Program-made: the position numbers and the translations under genes
Shown here: positions 15,326 to 23,834 of the stretch, piece by piece
How the letters are laid out: every line of letters starts with the position of its first letter
Position numbering within the stretch: the stretch's first letter is position 1
Source: Candidatus Aenigmatarchaeota archaeon
GTDB lineage: Archaea > Aenigmatarchaeota > Aenigmatarchaeia > PWEA01
NCBI GenBank assembly: GCA_003555465.1
Contig: PWIB01000046.1
Location: 1-47,986 of the forward strand
DNA length: 47,986 bases
Direction: 5' to 3'
The notes under the pieces: generated by a model
Told to the model about the DNA's origin: nothing
Databases searched by the model: none
The model's input: the letters and a program-made list of their open reading frames with translations, nothing else

Positions 15326-16657
15326 ATGCCAGGCAAGACTCCTGTAAAGAAGGTAAGTGCGAAGAAAGCAAGGAAGAAGGTAAAGACCTTTTCTGAAGAA
15401 GTAGCTCCAAAGCTAGACCCTAAAGCCAGGAACATGTGCCTGAAATGCCGCGGAACCAAGAAGCTTTGTGGTAAGGAAAAATGTCCCGTTCTACAGAAAT
15501 ATTACTCACAGGTCGGTGACGAGAAGAAGAAAAAGTTCGATACCAAGGAGATAGAAGGTAATTCGCCGCCCTCTGTTTTTATTGGAAGGTACAACTACCC
15601 GAAGGTAAACGTTGGTCCTCTCGTTCCTCCTGAAAAGGGCGATACGTCCGTTTATTCTCGTCCTGAGAAGTGGTTCGGAACTGCAGAAATGAACGATATC
15701 ATAGAGATGAGAGGAAATCTTGCAAGAGGGAAGAAAAAGCTCACCAGCGACGTGAAGATAAACAATATTGGAAGGGACGAGCAGGAACTGAGATACCTCG
15801 CTCTGTCAAAGAACCCTGCCGAAACAGAGGTAAAGTTCAAGAAGAATCTCAACGAATCCATGAAGCTTGATGGAAGGTCGCAGCCGCATGGACCTTCCGG
15901 ACCCATGGAATCATTCAAAAGAGGAACTATGAGCTCAGACCAGCGCCTGGAAAAGGTGTTCTACGACAAAGACCTCAAAGCCAACAAAGCCGTGAAGAAA
16001 TTATACAGCAAAGGCGTTTCTGTCTCAAGAATACAGGATATATTTGCAGTTGGTGGAACCGGAATCAAGGAAAAAAGAAAGTTTGTACCAACCAGGTGGA
16101 GTATAACAGCTGTGGACGACATTCTAGGTAAAGACATGAGGAAAAGCGTTAAAACGTATCAAAGGATAAACGAGTGGCGCGTATATAAAACCAACTACCT
16201 TGACAATCAATGGGTAGTCGTGTTTACTCCTGAAACTTGGCGCTACGAGCTAATAGAAGCCTTCTACCCAGAGACGACATGGAATCCTTCAAAGGACTCA
16301 ATAACGATATTCGGAGACCATGAGGAGTTCGACGGGAGAGACGATTATGCTTCCATAGGAGGGTGTTATTACGCTGCTAGGCTCGCAGTACTCGAAAAAC
16401 TTGAAGAGGAAAGGAGGCAGGCCGGTGTCCTTGTGCTGAGGGAGGCGAGACCGGGATACATACTTCCTGTAGGGGTCTGGTTGACGAGAGAATCTATAAG
16501 AAACGCTCTGGGAGCAAGGCCCCGAAAATTTAATTCTTCTGAGGAAGTGTTGGGATTCATCAGGCAACTAACAGACCTGTCTTTAGATGAATGGGTGTCA
16601 GTCTCGAGGCTACTCAAAACCAGAGAAAAGCAAAGGACAATCGAATCTTATCTTTGA
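15326..16657 (+). CDS. nreA: Nre-family DNA repair protein (NreA-like, DUF650/DUF651)
   Basis: It has an N-terminal CLKCRGTKKLCGKEKCP cysteine motif, FIGRYNYP, a C-terminal CYYAARLAVLE and PVGVWLTRESIRNAL. 443 aa. Assigned from recalled family features. Confidence 0.7.
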   Translation: MPGKTPVKKVSAKKARKKVKTFSEEVAPKLDPKARNMCLKCRGTKKLCGKEKCPVLQKYYSQVGDEKKKKFDTKEIEGNSPPSVFIGRYNYPKVNVGPLVPPEKGDTSVYSRPEKWFGTAEMNDIIEMRGNLARGKKKLTSDVKINNIGRDEQELRYLALSKNPAETEVKFKKNLNESMKLDGRSQPHGPSGPMESFKRGTMSSDQRLEKVFYDKDLKANKAVKKLYSKGVSVSRIQDIFAVGGTGIKEKRKFVPTRWSITAVDDILGKDMRKSVKTYQRINEWRVYKTNYLDNQWVVVFTPETWRYELIEAFYPETTWNPSKDSITIFGDHEEFDGRDDYASIGGCYYAARLAVLEKLEEERRQAGVLVLREARPGYILPVGVWLTRESIRNALGARPRKFNSSEEVLGFIRQLTDLSLDEWVSVSRLLKTREKQRTIESYL

Positions 16658-16659
16658 AT

Positions 16660-18165
16660 CACAGACAAAATAACTCAGAAAGTTCGTAAGAAAACAACAT
16701 TGGGGAGCTTTTTAAGAAATTTGAAATAATTATGCCTTTTCCCATATAACTTTTCGTCCGTCCTTACCAACCCTTTTTATTAAATTCTCCTCTTCTAAAT
16801 GCAAGAGGTGCTCTCTGAGAGAAGCTGGGCGTATGTTTAATTTTGTAGCCAGTTCGTTCGCTGTGTTTAAATCTTTCTCCAGAAATTTAATTATCAACTC
16901 TTTTGTTTTCCCAGGTGGTCTCCTATCCCATTTTCTATTCTTCCTGCGGATGAATTGCTCTAAATAAGCCATCTTAGACGCCAGGTCACAAGTCGGAAAT
17001 TCCTTGGAAAGCGACTTGATATCCTTATAAAATTGCGGAAGACTCTCCGATGAGATAATCAACCTATATGTATCAAATTTACCGTATCTATACTTTTTAT
17101 TTATAGAGGTTTTATAGCCCAGCTTCCGGGCTATTTGAAAAATATCTTTAGCAAGTTCACAATTTTTAGAATATATTTCTAAAGCATCGCTCATATGACC
17201 ATCATCAACTATGAAGGCGGCCAAACCGGCAACAAGAAATTTTTTAGGAAGAGTTTTAATGTGCTCAGGAATTCCTATGGATGAAGAGAGTTCACCTTCA
17301 TAAAAATGGTGTATGTAGAATTGTGTAATGGGACGGGGTATTAACAATTTACTATTTTCGTAGATTCGGACCTCAAAATCTCCAAAACATTTCCTTAACT
17401 TTTTTTCGAAGTTCTTCAAATTAACTGTATTGGTTTGTCTGTAGTGAGATTGATCGGTGCCCGTCCCTATATGACCATCACCGCAGAAATGGAAAAGTAC
17501 TGATACCATTTCAGGTGTAAAAAGCACCGGTAAGTTTGGGTCGTTCACCCGCAACGAATTTCCAGAAGCAGCATAGTATTCTATTTCCTTTTCTGCTTTT
17601 TTCATTAATTTATTGTCCGGGCTAGAAGAATCTGAAAGAAGTTTTGAAATTTCTATCAGGACCCACAATGGAATATTCACCTCGATTGTTTTCTCTTTAG
17701 TCTTTTTGAGTCCAACTCTCCAAGAACGAAAATTGGATGTATTATAGTTGCGTTCAATGCCGTATTTTTCGGCCCTCTGATTGATAAGAAAGACAAAGTC
17801 CTTGATTACAAAGTTGTCTTTAATAATAGAAAATATCCTCTTCCTGAATTCATCATTTAGGCGAATAAATATCTCAGTAGGCGGAAATTCCCATATGTGA
17901 ACTTCTTTGTATTTTTCTTCCATGCCTTCGTTATTCTCACGAGTGTTTAAGTACCTTTTGGTCATTGGAATATTTAGGAATCGGAACTGTCTGGAACGTC
18001 CGCGAGTCCGTGAGGAACGCCCTGGAAAAGAAACCAATAAAGTTTGAAAACAGAGAAAAGACGTCCGAACATCTGAAACAAGCGTTCGACCTCGAATTAG
18101 GCCAGTGACTCTCCGTTTCCAAGCTACTGAAAAGTAGGGAGAAACAGGAAGACCTAAGGTCCTTT
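16660..18165. mobile_element. low-GC island carrying a free-standing LAGLIDADG-type gene (possible selfish or foreign insertion)
   Basis: Hand counts on 60-nt samples give 30% GC at 17041-17100 and at 17341-17400. Flanking genes give 48% (18301-18360) and 55% (16381-16440). The encoded protein is basic, unlike the acidic neighbours. No terminal repeats were found. Confidence 0.35.
16730..18037 (-). CDS. double-motif LAGLIDADG homing-endonuclease-like protein with C-terminal winged-helix
   Basis: The two dodecapeptide-like motifs are VLFHFCGDGHIG and LVAGLAAFIVDDGHMS, about 90 aa apart. The C-terminal wHTH reads ELATKLNIRPASLREHLLHLEEENLIKRVG. The true start is probably internal (MTKRYL at 17965 or MEEKYK at 17923). 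Confidence 0.65.
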   Translation of the reverse strand: MVSFPGRSSRTRGRSRQFRFLNIPMTKRYLNTRENNEGMEEKYKEVHIWEFPPTEIFIRLNDEFRKRIFSIIKDNFVIKDFVFLINQRAEKYGIERNYNTSNFRSWRVGLKKTKEKTIEVNIPLWVLIEISKLLSDSSSPDNKLMKKAEKEIEYYAASGNSLRVNDPNLPVLFTPEMVSVLFHFCGDGHIGTGTDQSHYRQTNTVNLKNFEKKLRKCFGDFEVRIYENSKLLIPRPITQFYIHHFYEGELSSSIGIPEHIKTLPKKFLVAGLAAFIVDDGHMSDALEIYSKNCELAKDIFQIARKLGYKTSINKKYRYGKFDTYRLIISSESLPQFYKDIKSLSKEFPTCDLASKMAYLEQFIRRKNRKWDRRPPGKTKELIIKFLEKDLNTANELATKLNIRPASLREHLLHLEEENLIKRVGKDGRKVIWEKA

Positions 18166-18167
18166 GT

Positions 18168-19262
18168 CTAGAACCTCAGTTCCAAGATGTCTTCGTCCTT
18201 CAGTTCATGGTCTTCCCCGACCTTCTGTCCCGGAAACTTTGCGCTTTCACCCCAGACCTTGGCATAGCTCAGTTCGCCGGTAAAATCTTTGCTTAACTCG
18301 TCCATTACTTCCTCCACGGTCGAACCTTCACAGACTATAAGAGGTTCGTCCTTGTCAGGTTCCTTTCCTCTCTCCTTCATGTAAACCCTCATAAGCCCAA
18401 GGCCTTTCCATAACCTTTCCTTGAACTCTTCCAGGTTTTCATGCTCTTCAGCGGAGACAAAGATCCAGTCCTCGTTGTCGTTTTTCAGACGCTCAAGCTC
18501 GCCTTCATCCATATCATCCGTTTTGTTGAGGCATACAACACCGGGCATATACACCCTGTTGTTCATCAACCCGTCTATGAACTCGTCCAAGGTCACATCC
18601 TCTCTAACAACTACCTTGCAGTTAACGAAGCCATGATCCCTCAAAACCTTTTCCATAGTCTCTTCGTCCAGGTTCACGTCCTTTGTAGTCGATATCTCTA
18701 TCCCGCCTTCACCCCTTTCAAACACGTCCATGTCAGGAGGTTCTTTGTTCAGCCTTACTCCGTTTTGGTACAGTTCCTCTTCCATCTCCTCGACCATTTC
18801 CATTTTTTCTATATCTGTTACCAGCACTACCATATCCGAACTTCTTACGACAGATAGAACCTGCTTACCGCCGCCTCTGTCCTCGGCAGCGCCGCTTATA
18901 AGACCCGGAACGTCCAGTATCTGTATGTTAGCTCCCTTGTAGTCCATCATACCAGGAACTACTTCCAGGGTTGTGAACTCGTACCCAGCCACTTCAGAAT
19001 CAGCATTCGTCAGGCTATTCAAAAGGGTGGACTTACCTACAGAGGGAGGACCAACCAGAGAAACGGTTGCATCGCCTCTTTGCTTTACGGCATAGCCCTG
19101 TCCTGAGGCCTGGCTCTCCTTCTCCTTCTGCTCCTTTTTTTCTTTAAGTCGTGCTATCTTCGCCTTCAGCCGTCCGCGTTCAGTCTCCGTGGACTTGTTC
19201 ACAGGCGTCTCTCTTAGCTTCTCCTTCGTTTTTTCTATTTCCTTTTCTATGGACATAACCAA
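18168..19262 (-). CDS. DRG/Rbg-type GTPase with TGS domain
   Basis: G1 GPPSVGKSTLLN, G3 DVPGLI, G4 LNKTD, and a C-terminal TGS-like YAKVWGESAKFPGQKVGEDHELKDEDILEL. The likely ATG is at 19256. Confidence 0.85.
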   Translation of the reverse strand: MVMSIEKEIEKTKEKLRETPVNKSTETERGRLKAKIARLKEKKEQKEKESQASGQGYAVKQRGDATVSLVGPPSVGKSTLLNSLTNADSEVAGYEFTTLEVVPGMMDYKGANIQILDVPGLISGAAEDRGGGKQVLSVVRSSDMVVLVTDIEKMEMVEEMEEELYQNGVRLNKEPPDMDVFERGEGGIEISTTKDVNLDEETMEKVLRDHGFVNCKVVVREDVTLDEFIDGLMNNRVYMPGVVCLNKTDDMDEGELERLKNDNEDWIFVSAEEHENLEEFKERLWKGLGLMRVYMKERGKEPDKDEPLIVCEGSTVEEVMDELSKDFTGELSYAKVWGESAKFPGQKVGEDHELKDEDILELRF

Positions 19263-19399
19263 ACTTTCAGACGAGAAGGTTTTAAAGGTTGTGTCCGTCA
19301 GAAACCGCCGAGTAAGTAAATAATAAGAGCCGTAGCGACACCAACGAGAAGCAAATAGTCCGTGAAAAGGATTTTAAGTCTTGAAAATGACCTTTAGTT

Positions 19400-20200
19400 A
19401 TGAAAATTAAAGAGGTTGAATGCAAATCCGTTCTATCGGATACGAAGCTTTATGGACTGGACTACTCATTGAATCCTTACACTGGATGTGGACATTCGTG
19501 TGCCTACTGCTACGCAGTCTTTATGAAAAAGTTCACCGGGCACGAAGAGGACTGGGGAAGCTTTGTAGACGTTAAGGTAAACGCACCCGAAGTTTTGGAT
19601 AAGGAGGTTCGTAAAAAAGAAAAGGGTTCAGTGCTTCTGTCCTCGGTAACCGACGCCTACCAACCCCTGGAAGAGGAATATGAAATTACGAGGGAAATCC
19701 TTGAGATACTCCAAGAAAACGGCTTCAACGTAAGTATACTTACAAAGAATGACCTTGTACTCCGGGATATGGACATCCTGAAGAGGTTCGACCATGGAAG
19801 TCTGTCCATTGGTTTCACGATAAATTTTCTGAGTGAAGGTGATAGGAAGTTATGGGAGCCCGGAGCCTCTAAAATAGACGAAAGGATAGAGGCTCTGAGA
19901 AGGCTGGAGGAAGAAGGAATTCCTACCTACGTGCACGTTGGTCCCTGGCTGGAGGGTATAACCAATCTGGAGAAAATACTGAACAGAGTGGAAGATTATG
20001 TCTACGACTTCCAGGTCGAAAACCTAAATACGAAAAGGAAGCAAGTTATAAAGAGAATTATCAGAAAGAACTATCCCGGACTCGAAGAGAGGTACAAAAA
20101 AATTATGAAAAATCCCAAAAAGCACAACAGACGACTGGAAGGAGAGATAGAGAAGCTCAGGAAGAATACGGAGGTTCCGCTACAACTTTACATAGACTGA
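19400..20200 (+). CDS. SPL-family radical SAM protein (DNA photolyase-like)
   Basis: CGHSCAYCY is a CxxxCxxC cluster preceded by NPYTGC. Size is 266 aa. Confidence 0.75.
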   Translation: MKIKEVECKSVLSDTKLYGLDYSLNPYTGCGHSCAYCYAVFMKKFTGHEEDWGSFVDVKVNAPEVLDKEVRKKEKGSVLLSSVTDAYQPLEEEYEITREILEILQENGFNVSILTKNDLVLRDMDILKRFDHGSLSIGFTINFLSEGDRKLWEPGASKIDERIEALRRLEEEGIPTYVHVGPWLEGITNLEKILNRVEDYVYDFQVENLNTKRKQVIKRIIRKNYPGLEERYKKIMKNPKKHNRRLEGEIEKLRKNTEVPLQLYID

Positions 20201-20258
20201 TTCGGTATACAAAAGACTTATATAACTACTTCAATCAATATTTACAGAAGGTGTTAAG

Positions 20259-21011
20259 ATGTTCAAAGCAAAGCTATCGGATCCTTCACTACTGAAGAAC
20301 TCTGTAGACACTATATCGGAACTAATCCATGAGGGACTTTTCAAGATAGACTCAGAATCCCTCTACATGAGGGCTGCAGACAGAGCTACAGTAGCTGTAG
20401 TCGACTTCGAACTTAAAAAGGACGCCTTTGAAGAGTTCGAATGCGATGAAGAAACGAAGATAGGCGTAAACCTTGAAAGTCTGCTGGACATTCTCAAAAG
20501 AGCTAAGAAAGACGATAGTCTGGTGCTTGAGCTTTCAGAGGACGAGTCCAGACTAAAGATATCAATAGGCGACGGTACAAAGAGGGACTTCGAGATGCCA
20601 CTCCTTTCTATATCAGAAGGAGAGGTACCGGAGACCAAGCAGCTTGATTTCACAGCAGAGATGGAACTGAAGAGCTCGGTTCTAAGTAAAGGAATAGCCG
20701 ATGCAGAGATCGTCGCAGACTCCGTCCTTTTCAAGGCAGAGAAGGAAAGCCTCACGCTTGTAGCCGACAGTGACTCAGGGAGCGTTGAAGCGAAGACAGG
20801 AAAAGGTTCTGAAGATCTAATGGAGATAAAGGTCGATGAAGAGACGGAAAGCAGATACCCGTTAGAATATCTGAAGAAGATGCTCAAGGCCTCAAAGATA
20901 TCCGACGTGGCTTCTCTCAAGTTTGGAAACGACTATCCCATGGAGCTGAAGTTTGAGGAGCCAGGTCAGATAAAGATATCCTTTGTTCTTGCTCCCCGCG
21001 TCGAGGACTAG
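20259..21011 (+). CDS. pcn: PCNA sliding clamp
   Basis: 250 aa. MFKAKLSDPSLLKNSVDTISELIHEGLFKIDSESLYMRAADRATVAVVDFEL is a typical PCNA N-terminus. SD AGGTG is present. Confidence 0.9.
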   Translation: MFKAKLSDPSLLKNSVDTISELIHEGLFKIDSESLYMRAADRATVAVVDFELKKDAFEEFECDEETKIGVNLESLLDILKRAKKDDSLVLELSEDESRLKISIGDGTKRDFEMPLLSISEGEVPETKQLDFTAEMELKSSVLSKGIADAEIVADSVLFKAEKESLTLVADSDSGSVEAKTGKGSEDLMEIKVDEETESRYPLEYLKKMLKASKISDVASLKFGNDYPMELKFEEPGQIKISFVLAPRVED

Positions 21012-21040
21012 AGTGTGGGATCTGATTCGGGGCGGTTGAA

Positions 21041-22309
21041 ATGGATAGAAAGGAGGTTATAGACTACTACAGTAAGGAAGAGGTAGTCCGTTCTATACTC
21101 AGCGCTTCAGAAAACAGAGAGGTAAGTGGAACGCTATCCAGTGGAGGCTATACCTCAAGACCAAACGTTCTTCAGTACACAAGCGATCTGGAGGAAATGG
21201 TGAAAAAGGGCTGTGTAGCTTTCCATGGCTCTGTGGAAAGATGGAAGAACGCGATGAAGCTCGACACGAAGATGAGAAAGGATGACATGGACAGGCTTAG
21301 AAGGGGCTGGGATCTTATTCTAGATATAGACTCTGACATAGGCTTAGAGGGTGCAAAGATGGCCCTCAAAAGGATTGTAGACCTTCTCAAGGACTACGGA
21401 ATAGAAAACTACGGCATGAAGTTCTCCGGGAGAAGAGGTTTCCACATAGTCGTTCCGTGGAAGGCCTTTCCGGAAAGAGTCGACTTCGAAAGGACCGAAG
21501 AACAGTTTCCTGAGATACCGCAGGCTATAGCGACCTTCATTAGAGAAGAGATAAAACCAGATCTTCTCCAGGACCTGATAGACCTCAAGGGCTCGTTCCA
21601 CAAGCTCTCCGAGGAGCTGGAGGGGCATGCAGATAGAATGACGCCCTTTGCCTTCGTAGACGTCGAGAAGGACTGGGGAAAGAGACATCTTTTCAGGCTG
21701 CCCTACTCCTTGCATGACAGCACATGGCTGGTTTCGTATCCTTTAAAGGAGGAGGAGATAGACGGCTTCGAGATGGAAGACGCCGAACCTGAAAACGTTG
21801 AACTAGGAAGGGATTTCATAAAGGATGTGGAGAAGGGGTGTGCCAAGGACCTGGTAGTCGACGCGATGAACTGGATGAGCAAGAGGAGGAAGAAGGAAGA
21901 GGACAAAGACGGAGAGGAAGAGGTAGATGAAATAAAGCCCGAGGATCCAATTCCTGAAGAGAGGTTCCCGCCCTGTATAAAACATATACTTGAAGGCCTT
22001 TCGGACGGGAGGAAAAGAAGTGTGTTTATTCTGATAACCTTCCTGAGGAGGATGAGCTGGGACTGGGAGAAGGTCGAGGAAAAGCTGGAGGAATGGAACG
22101 ATAAAAACGATCCGCCGCTGAGCGAGAACTACATAAATACACAGATTAAATGGTTCAAGAGACAGGACAGGAAAATTGTGGCTCCATCTTGCGACAACGA
22201 CCTCTATTACAAGTCATTCGGAGTCTGCGACCCAGACGAAAAGTGCAAGCAAGGGACAGAAGAGATACAGATAAAGAACCCCATGGTCTATCCGTTCAAA
22301 AAGAAATAA
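21041..22309 (+). CDS. DNA primase, fused PriS catalytic domain plus PriL C-terminal Fe-S domain
   Basis: PriS motifs are LILDIDSD, FSGRRGFHIVVPW and RLPYSLH. The PriL-CTD-like part has FPPCIKHILEGLSDGRKRSVFILITFL and three further Cys (APSC, GVC, EKC). Confidence 0.85.
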   Translation: MDRKEVIDYYSKEEVVRSILSASENREVSGTLSSGGYTSRPNVLQYTSDLEEMVKKGCVAFHGSVERWKNAMKLDTKMRKDDMDRLRRGWDLILDIDSDIGLEGAKMALKRIVDLLKDYGIENYGMKFSGRRGFHIVVPWKAFPERVDFERTEEQFPEIPQAIATFIREEIKPDLLQDLIDLKGSFHKLSEELEGHADRMTPFAFVDVEKDWGKRHLFRLPYSLHDSTWLVSYPLKEEEIDGFEMEDAEPENVELGRDFIKDVEKGCAKDLVVDAMNWMSKRRKKEEDKDGEEEVDEIKPEDPIPEERFPPCIKHILEGLSDGRKRSVFILITFLRRMSWDWEKVEEKLEEWNDKNDPPLSENYINTQIKWFKRQDRKIVAPSCDNDLYYKSFGVCDPDEKCKQGTEEIQIKNPMVYPFKKK

Positions 22310-22341
22310 GTTATTTAACTTTCACTGGAAAATGTTAAGAT

Positions 22342-23082
22342 ATGTCAGAGGAAGAGGACAGCGCTATAACATTCGAGACCTTCAGGAAGTTCCAGAGGAA
22401 GGAGAAGAAAAACGAGAAGCTACAGGAGCTTCCCGACGACTTTTTCGGTACCTGCGTCCAATGGATAAACAGGAAAGAGGAGAAGTTCGAGGAGAAGAGG
22501 GACTCAGCACTCATAAGGGAAATAGAAAACGTCAAAAGTATCGTGAGAGATATATTTGAAAGGAGGCGGAGGAAAATTCTACTGCTTGCTCTCCACTCCG
22601 TAAGAAGTAAAAAGGTTTCGAAGAACCTTCTGCCCGAGGAAAAGGAGTTCTTTGAGAGCACAGTAAAGAATCTAAGACAACTCGAAGAGAATCTTCTCGA
22701 GAGAGTACTGAAAGGCGAGGAGCCGGAAACTTCCGAGGAGGAAACGGAGGAAACGGAAGAAGAGGAGTTAGAAGAAGAGGTTGAAACGGAGGAAGGAGAA
22801 GAAAAAGTAGAAGAGGAAGTTAAAGGAAGTAGAGAAGAAGAAAAAGGAGAGGAGGAAGATAAGGGTGAGGTCAAGACCAGGAAGATCGGTGAAGAGAAAC
22901 AGATGGAAGTTGAGACCTCTCAAGGACAAAAACTTGTCCGTATAACCGACGGTGTAGATAGATTTGTAGCCACCGATGACAACGAGTACGGTCCTTTGGA
23001 GGAGGGGGATATAGTTACTCTACCAAATGATGTAGCTGAGCTTCTTATAGATAAGGAAAAGGCAAAGGAATCAGATATTTAA
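22342..23082 (+). CDS. GINS subunit (Gins51/15-like) with long acidic linker
   Basis: The A-domain-like part is FRKFQRKEKKNEKLQELPDDFF...IENVKSIVRDIFERRRRKILLLA. The B-domain-like part is LVRITDGVDRFVATDDNEYGPLEEGDIVTLPNDVAELLIDKEKA. It is adjacent to the primase, as in many archaea. Confidence 0.65.
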   Translation: MSEEEDSAITFETFRKFQRKEKKNEKLQELPDDFFGTCVQWINRKEEKFEEKRDSALIREIENVKSIVRDIFERRRRKILLLALHSVRSKKVSKNLLPEEKEFFESTVKNLRQLEENLLERVLKGEEPETSEEETEETEEEELEEEVETEEGEEKVEEEVKGSREEEKGEEEDKGEVKTRKIGEEKQMEVETSQGQKLVRITDGVDRFVATDDNEYGPLEEGDIVTLPNDVAELLIDKEKAKESDI

Positions 23083-23834
23083 TCAAGGCTCAGTTCCTTT
23101 AATTCAGGAAAGTGGAATAGCCCAGCTTCTCTATCGACTCCGATGGCTCTCATGCTCCCGACATCTACAACTTCACTAAGAACTGGTGAAGCCAGTTCCT
23201 CATCGGTGATGTTAACTCTGGAACCTTCGGCAAGCTTAGAGAAAGCCGGTAGAACTATAATCTTCTCTTCACTCTCATTTTCACCGTAAAGAAAACACGG
23301 AATCTTCTCACTAACTCCTATCTCATCCTCAAGGGTCACTGCAGGGTGTTCATGCCCCATTACAAGAAAATCGAATTCCTTACCTTCTAAAACATCTTCA
23401 CTGTCGCCATGGATAAATAAGATGTTATCAATCAGAAAATGGGTCTCAAGCCGAACGTTATCGTAGTCCTCTACAGGATAGATAAGATAGTTGTCGTGGT
23501 TTCCCTTTACCAGAAATATTTCCTCGACCCTTCCACTGAGAAACTCAACCAGCTCCTTTACCTCTTCTCTTTCTCCCCTGGAAGCTTCCGAGAACTCGTG
23601 CTTTACATCGCCGCAAATCACCAACCTCCCGGGTTCCTTATCCTTGCAGATATCATCAAGCTCCTCCTTCAGCTCCTCAAGCTGAAACTTAGGCATGTAT
23701 ACACCCGAATCTGCCAAAAGCGACTCCATACCAAGGTGAAAGTCCGAAAGGACAAGCGTATCGATATCATCTATGTAGAGAGCCGGGTAGTTACCTACGG
23801 TCTCAAACCTGTCAAAAATCCTAATCCGTATCAC
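23079..23834 (-). CDS. SbcD/Mre11-related metallophosphoesterase (Lhr-associated MPE type)
   Basis: Motifs are SDFHLG, ICGDVKHEF, GNHDNYL, GHEHPAV, VLPAFSKL. It overlaps the lhr stop by 14 nt (operon). Confidence 0.75.
   Translation of the reverse strand: MIRIRIFDRFETVGNYPALYIDDIDTLVLSDFHLGMESLLADSGVYMPKFQLEELKEELDDICKDKEPGRLVICGDVKHEFSEASRGEREEVKELVEFLSGRVEEIFLVKGNHDNYLIYPVEDYDNVRLETHFLIDNILFIHGDSEDVLEGKEFDFLVMGHEHPAVTLEDEIGVSEKIPCFLYGENESEEKIIVLPAFSKLAEGSRVNITDEELASPVLSEVVDVGSMRAIGVDREAGLFHFPELKELSLD

Noticed and set aside
17937-18122. 61-aa minus-strand ORF upstream of the LAGLIDADG gene
   Set aside because: It overlaps the probable spurious N-terminal extension of the LAGLIDADG ORF in another frame and has no motif or expression signals.
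18071-18123. 12-mer matches to the hairpin family: GAAACAAGCGTT equals part of 41723-41734, and the reverse complement of 18111-18122 (TTGGAAACGGAG) equals 4058-4069. Both lie beside the LAGLIDADG island.
   Set aside because: Hundreds of chance 12-mer matches are expected when both strands of 48 kb are compared, and neither copy keeps the palindrome. They are noted as possible decayed copies but not claimed.
19300-19380. Minus-strand hydrophobic peptide frame (ILFTDYLLLVGVATALIIYLLGGF)
   Set aside because: It has no in-frame ATG or GTG, only a late TTG giving 18 aa. An in-frame stop lies just upstream.
22335-22874. 179-aa Ser-rich minus-strand ORF, and similar Ser/Phe/Leu-rich antisense ORFs at 20363..20920, 13807..14199, 6994..7242, 7573..7899, 34027..34362 and 40336..40767
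   Set aside because: These are mirror-image artefacts of GAA/GAG-rich acidic coding sequence on the opposite strand. They are low-complexity, have no motifs, and are fully nested in well-supported genes.
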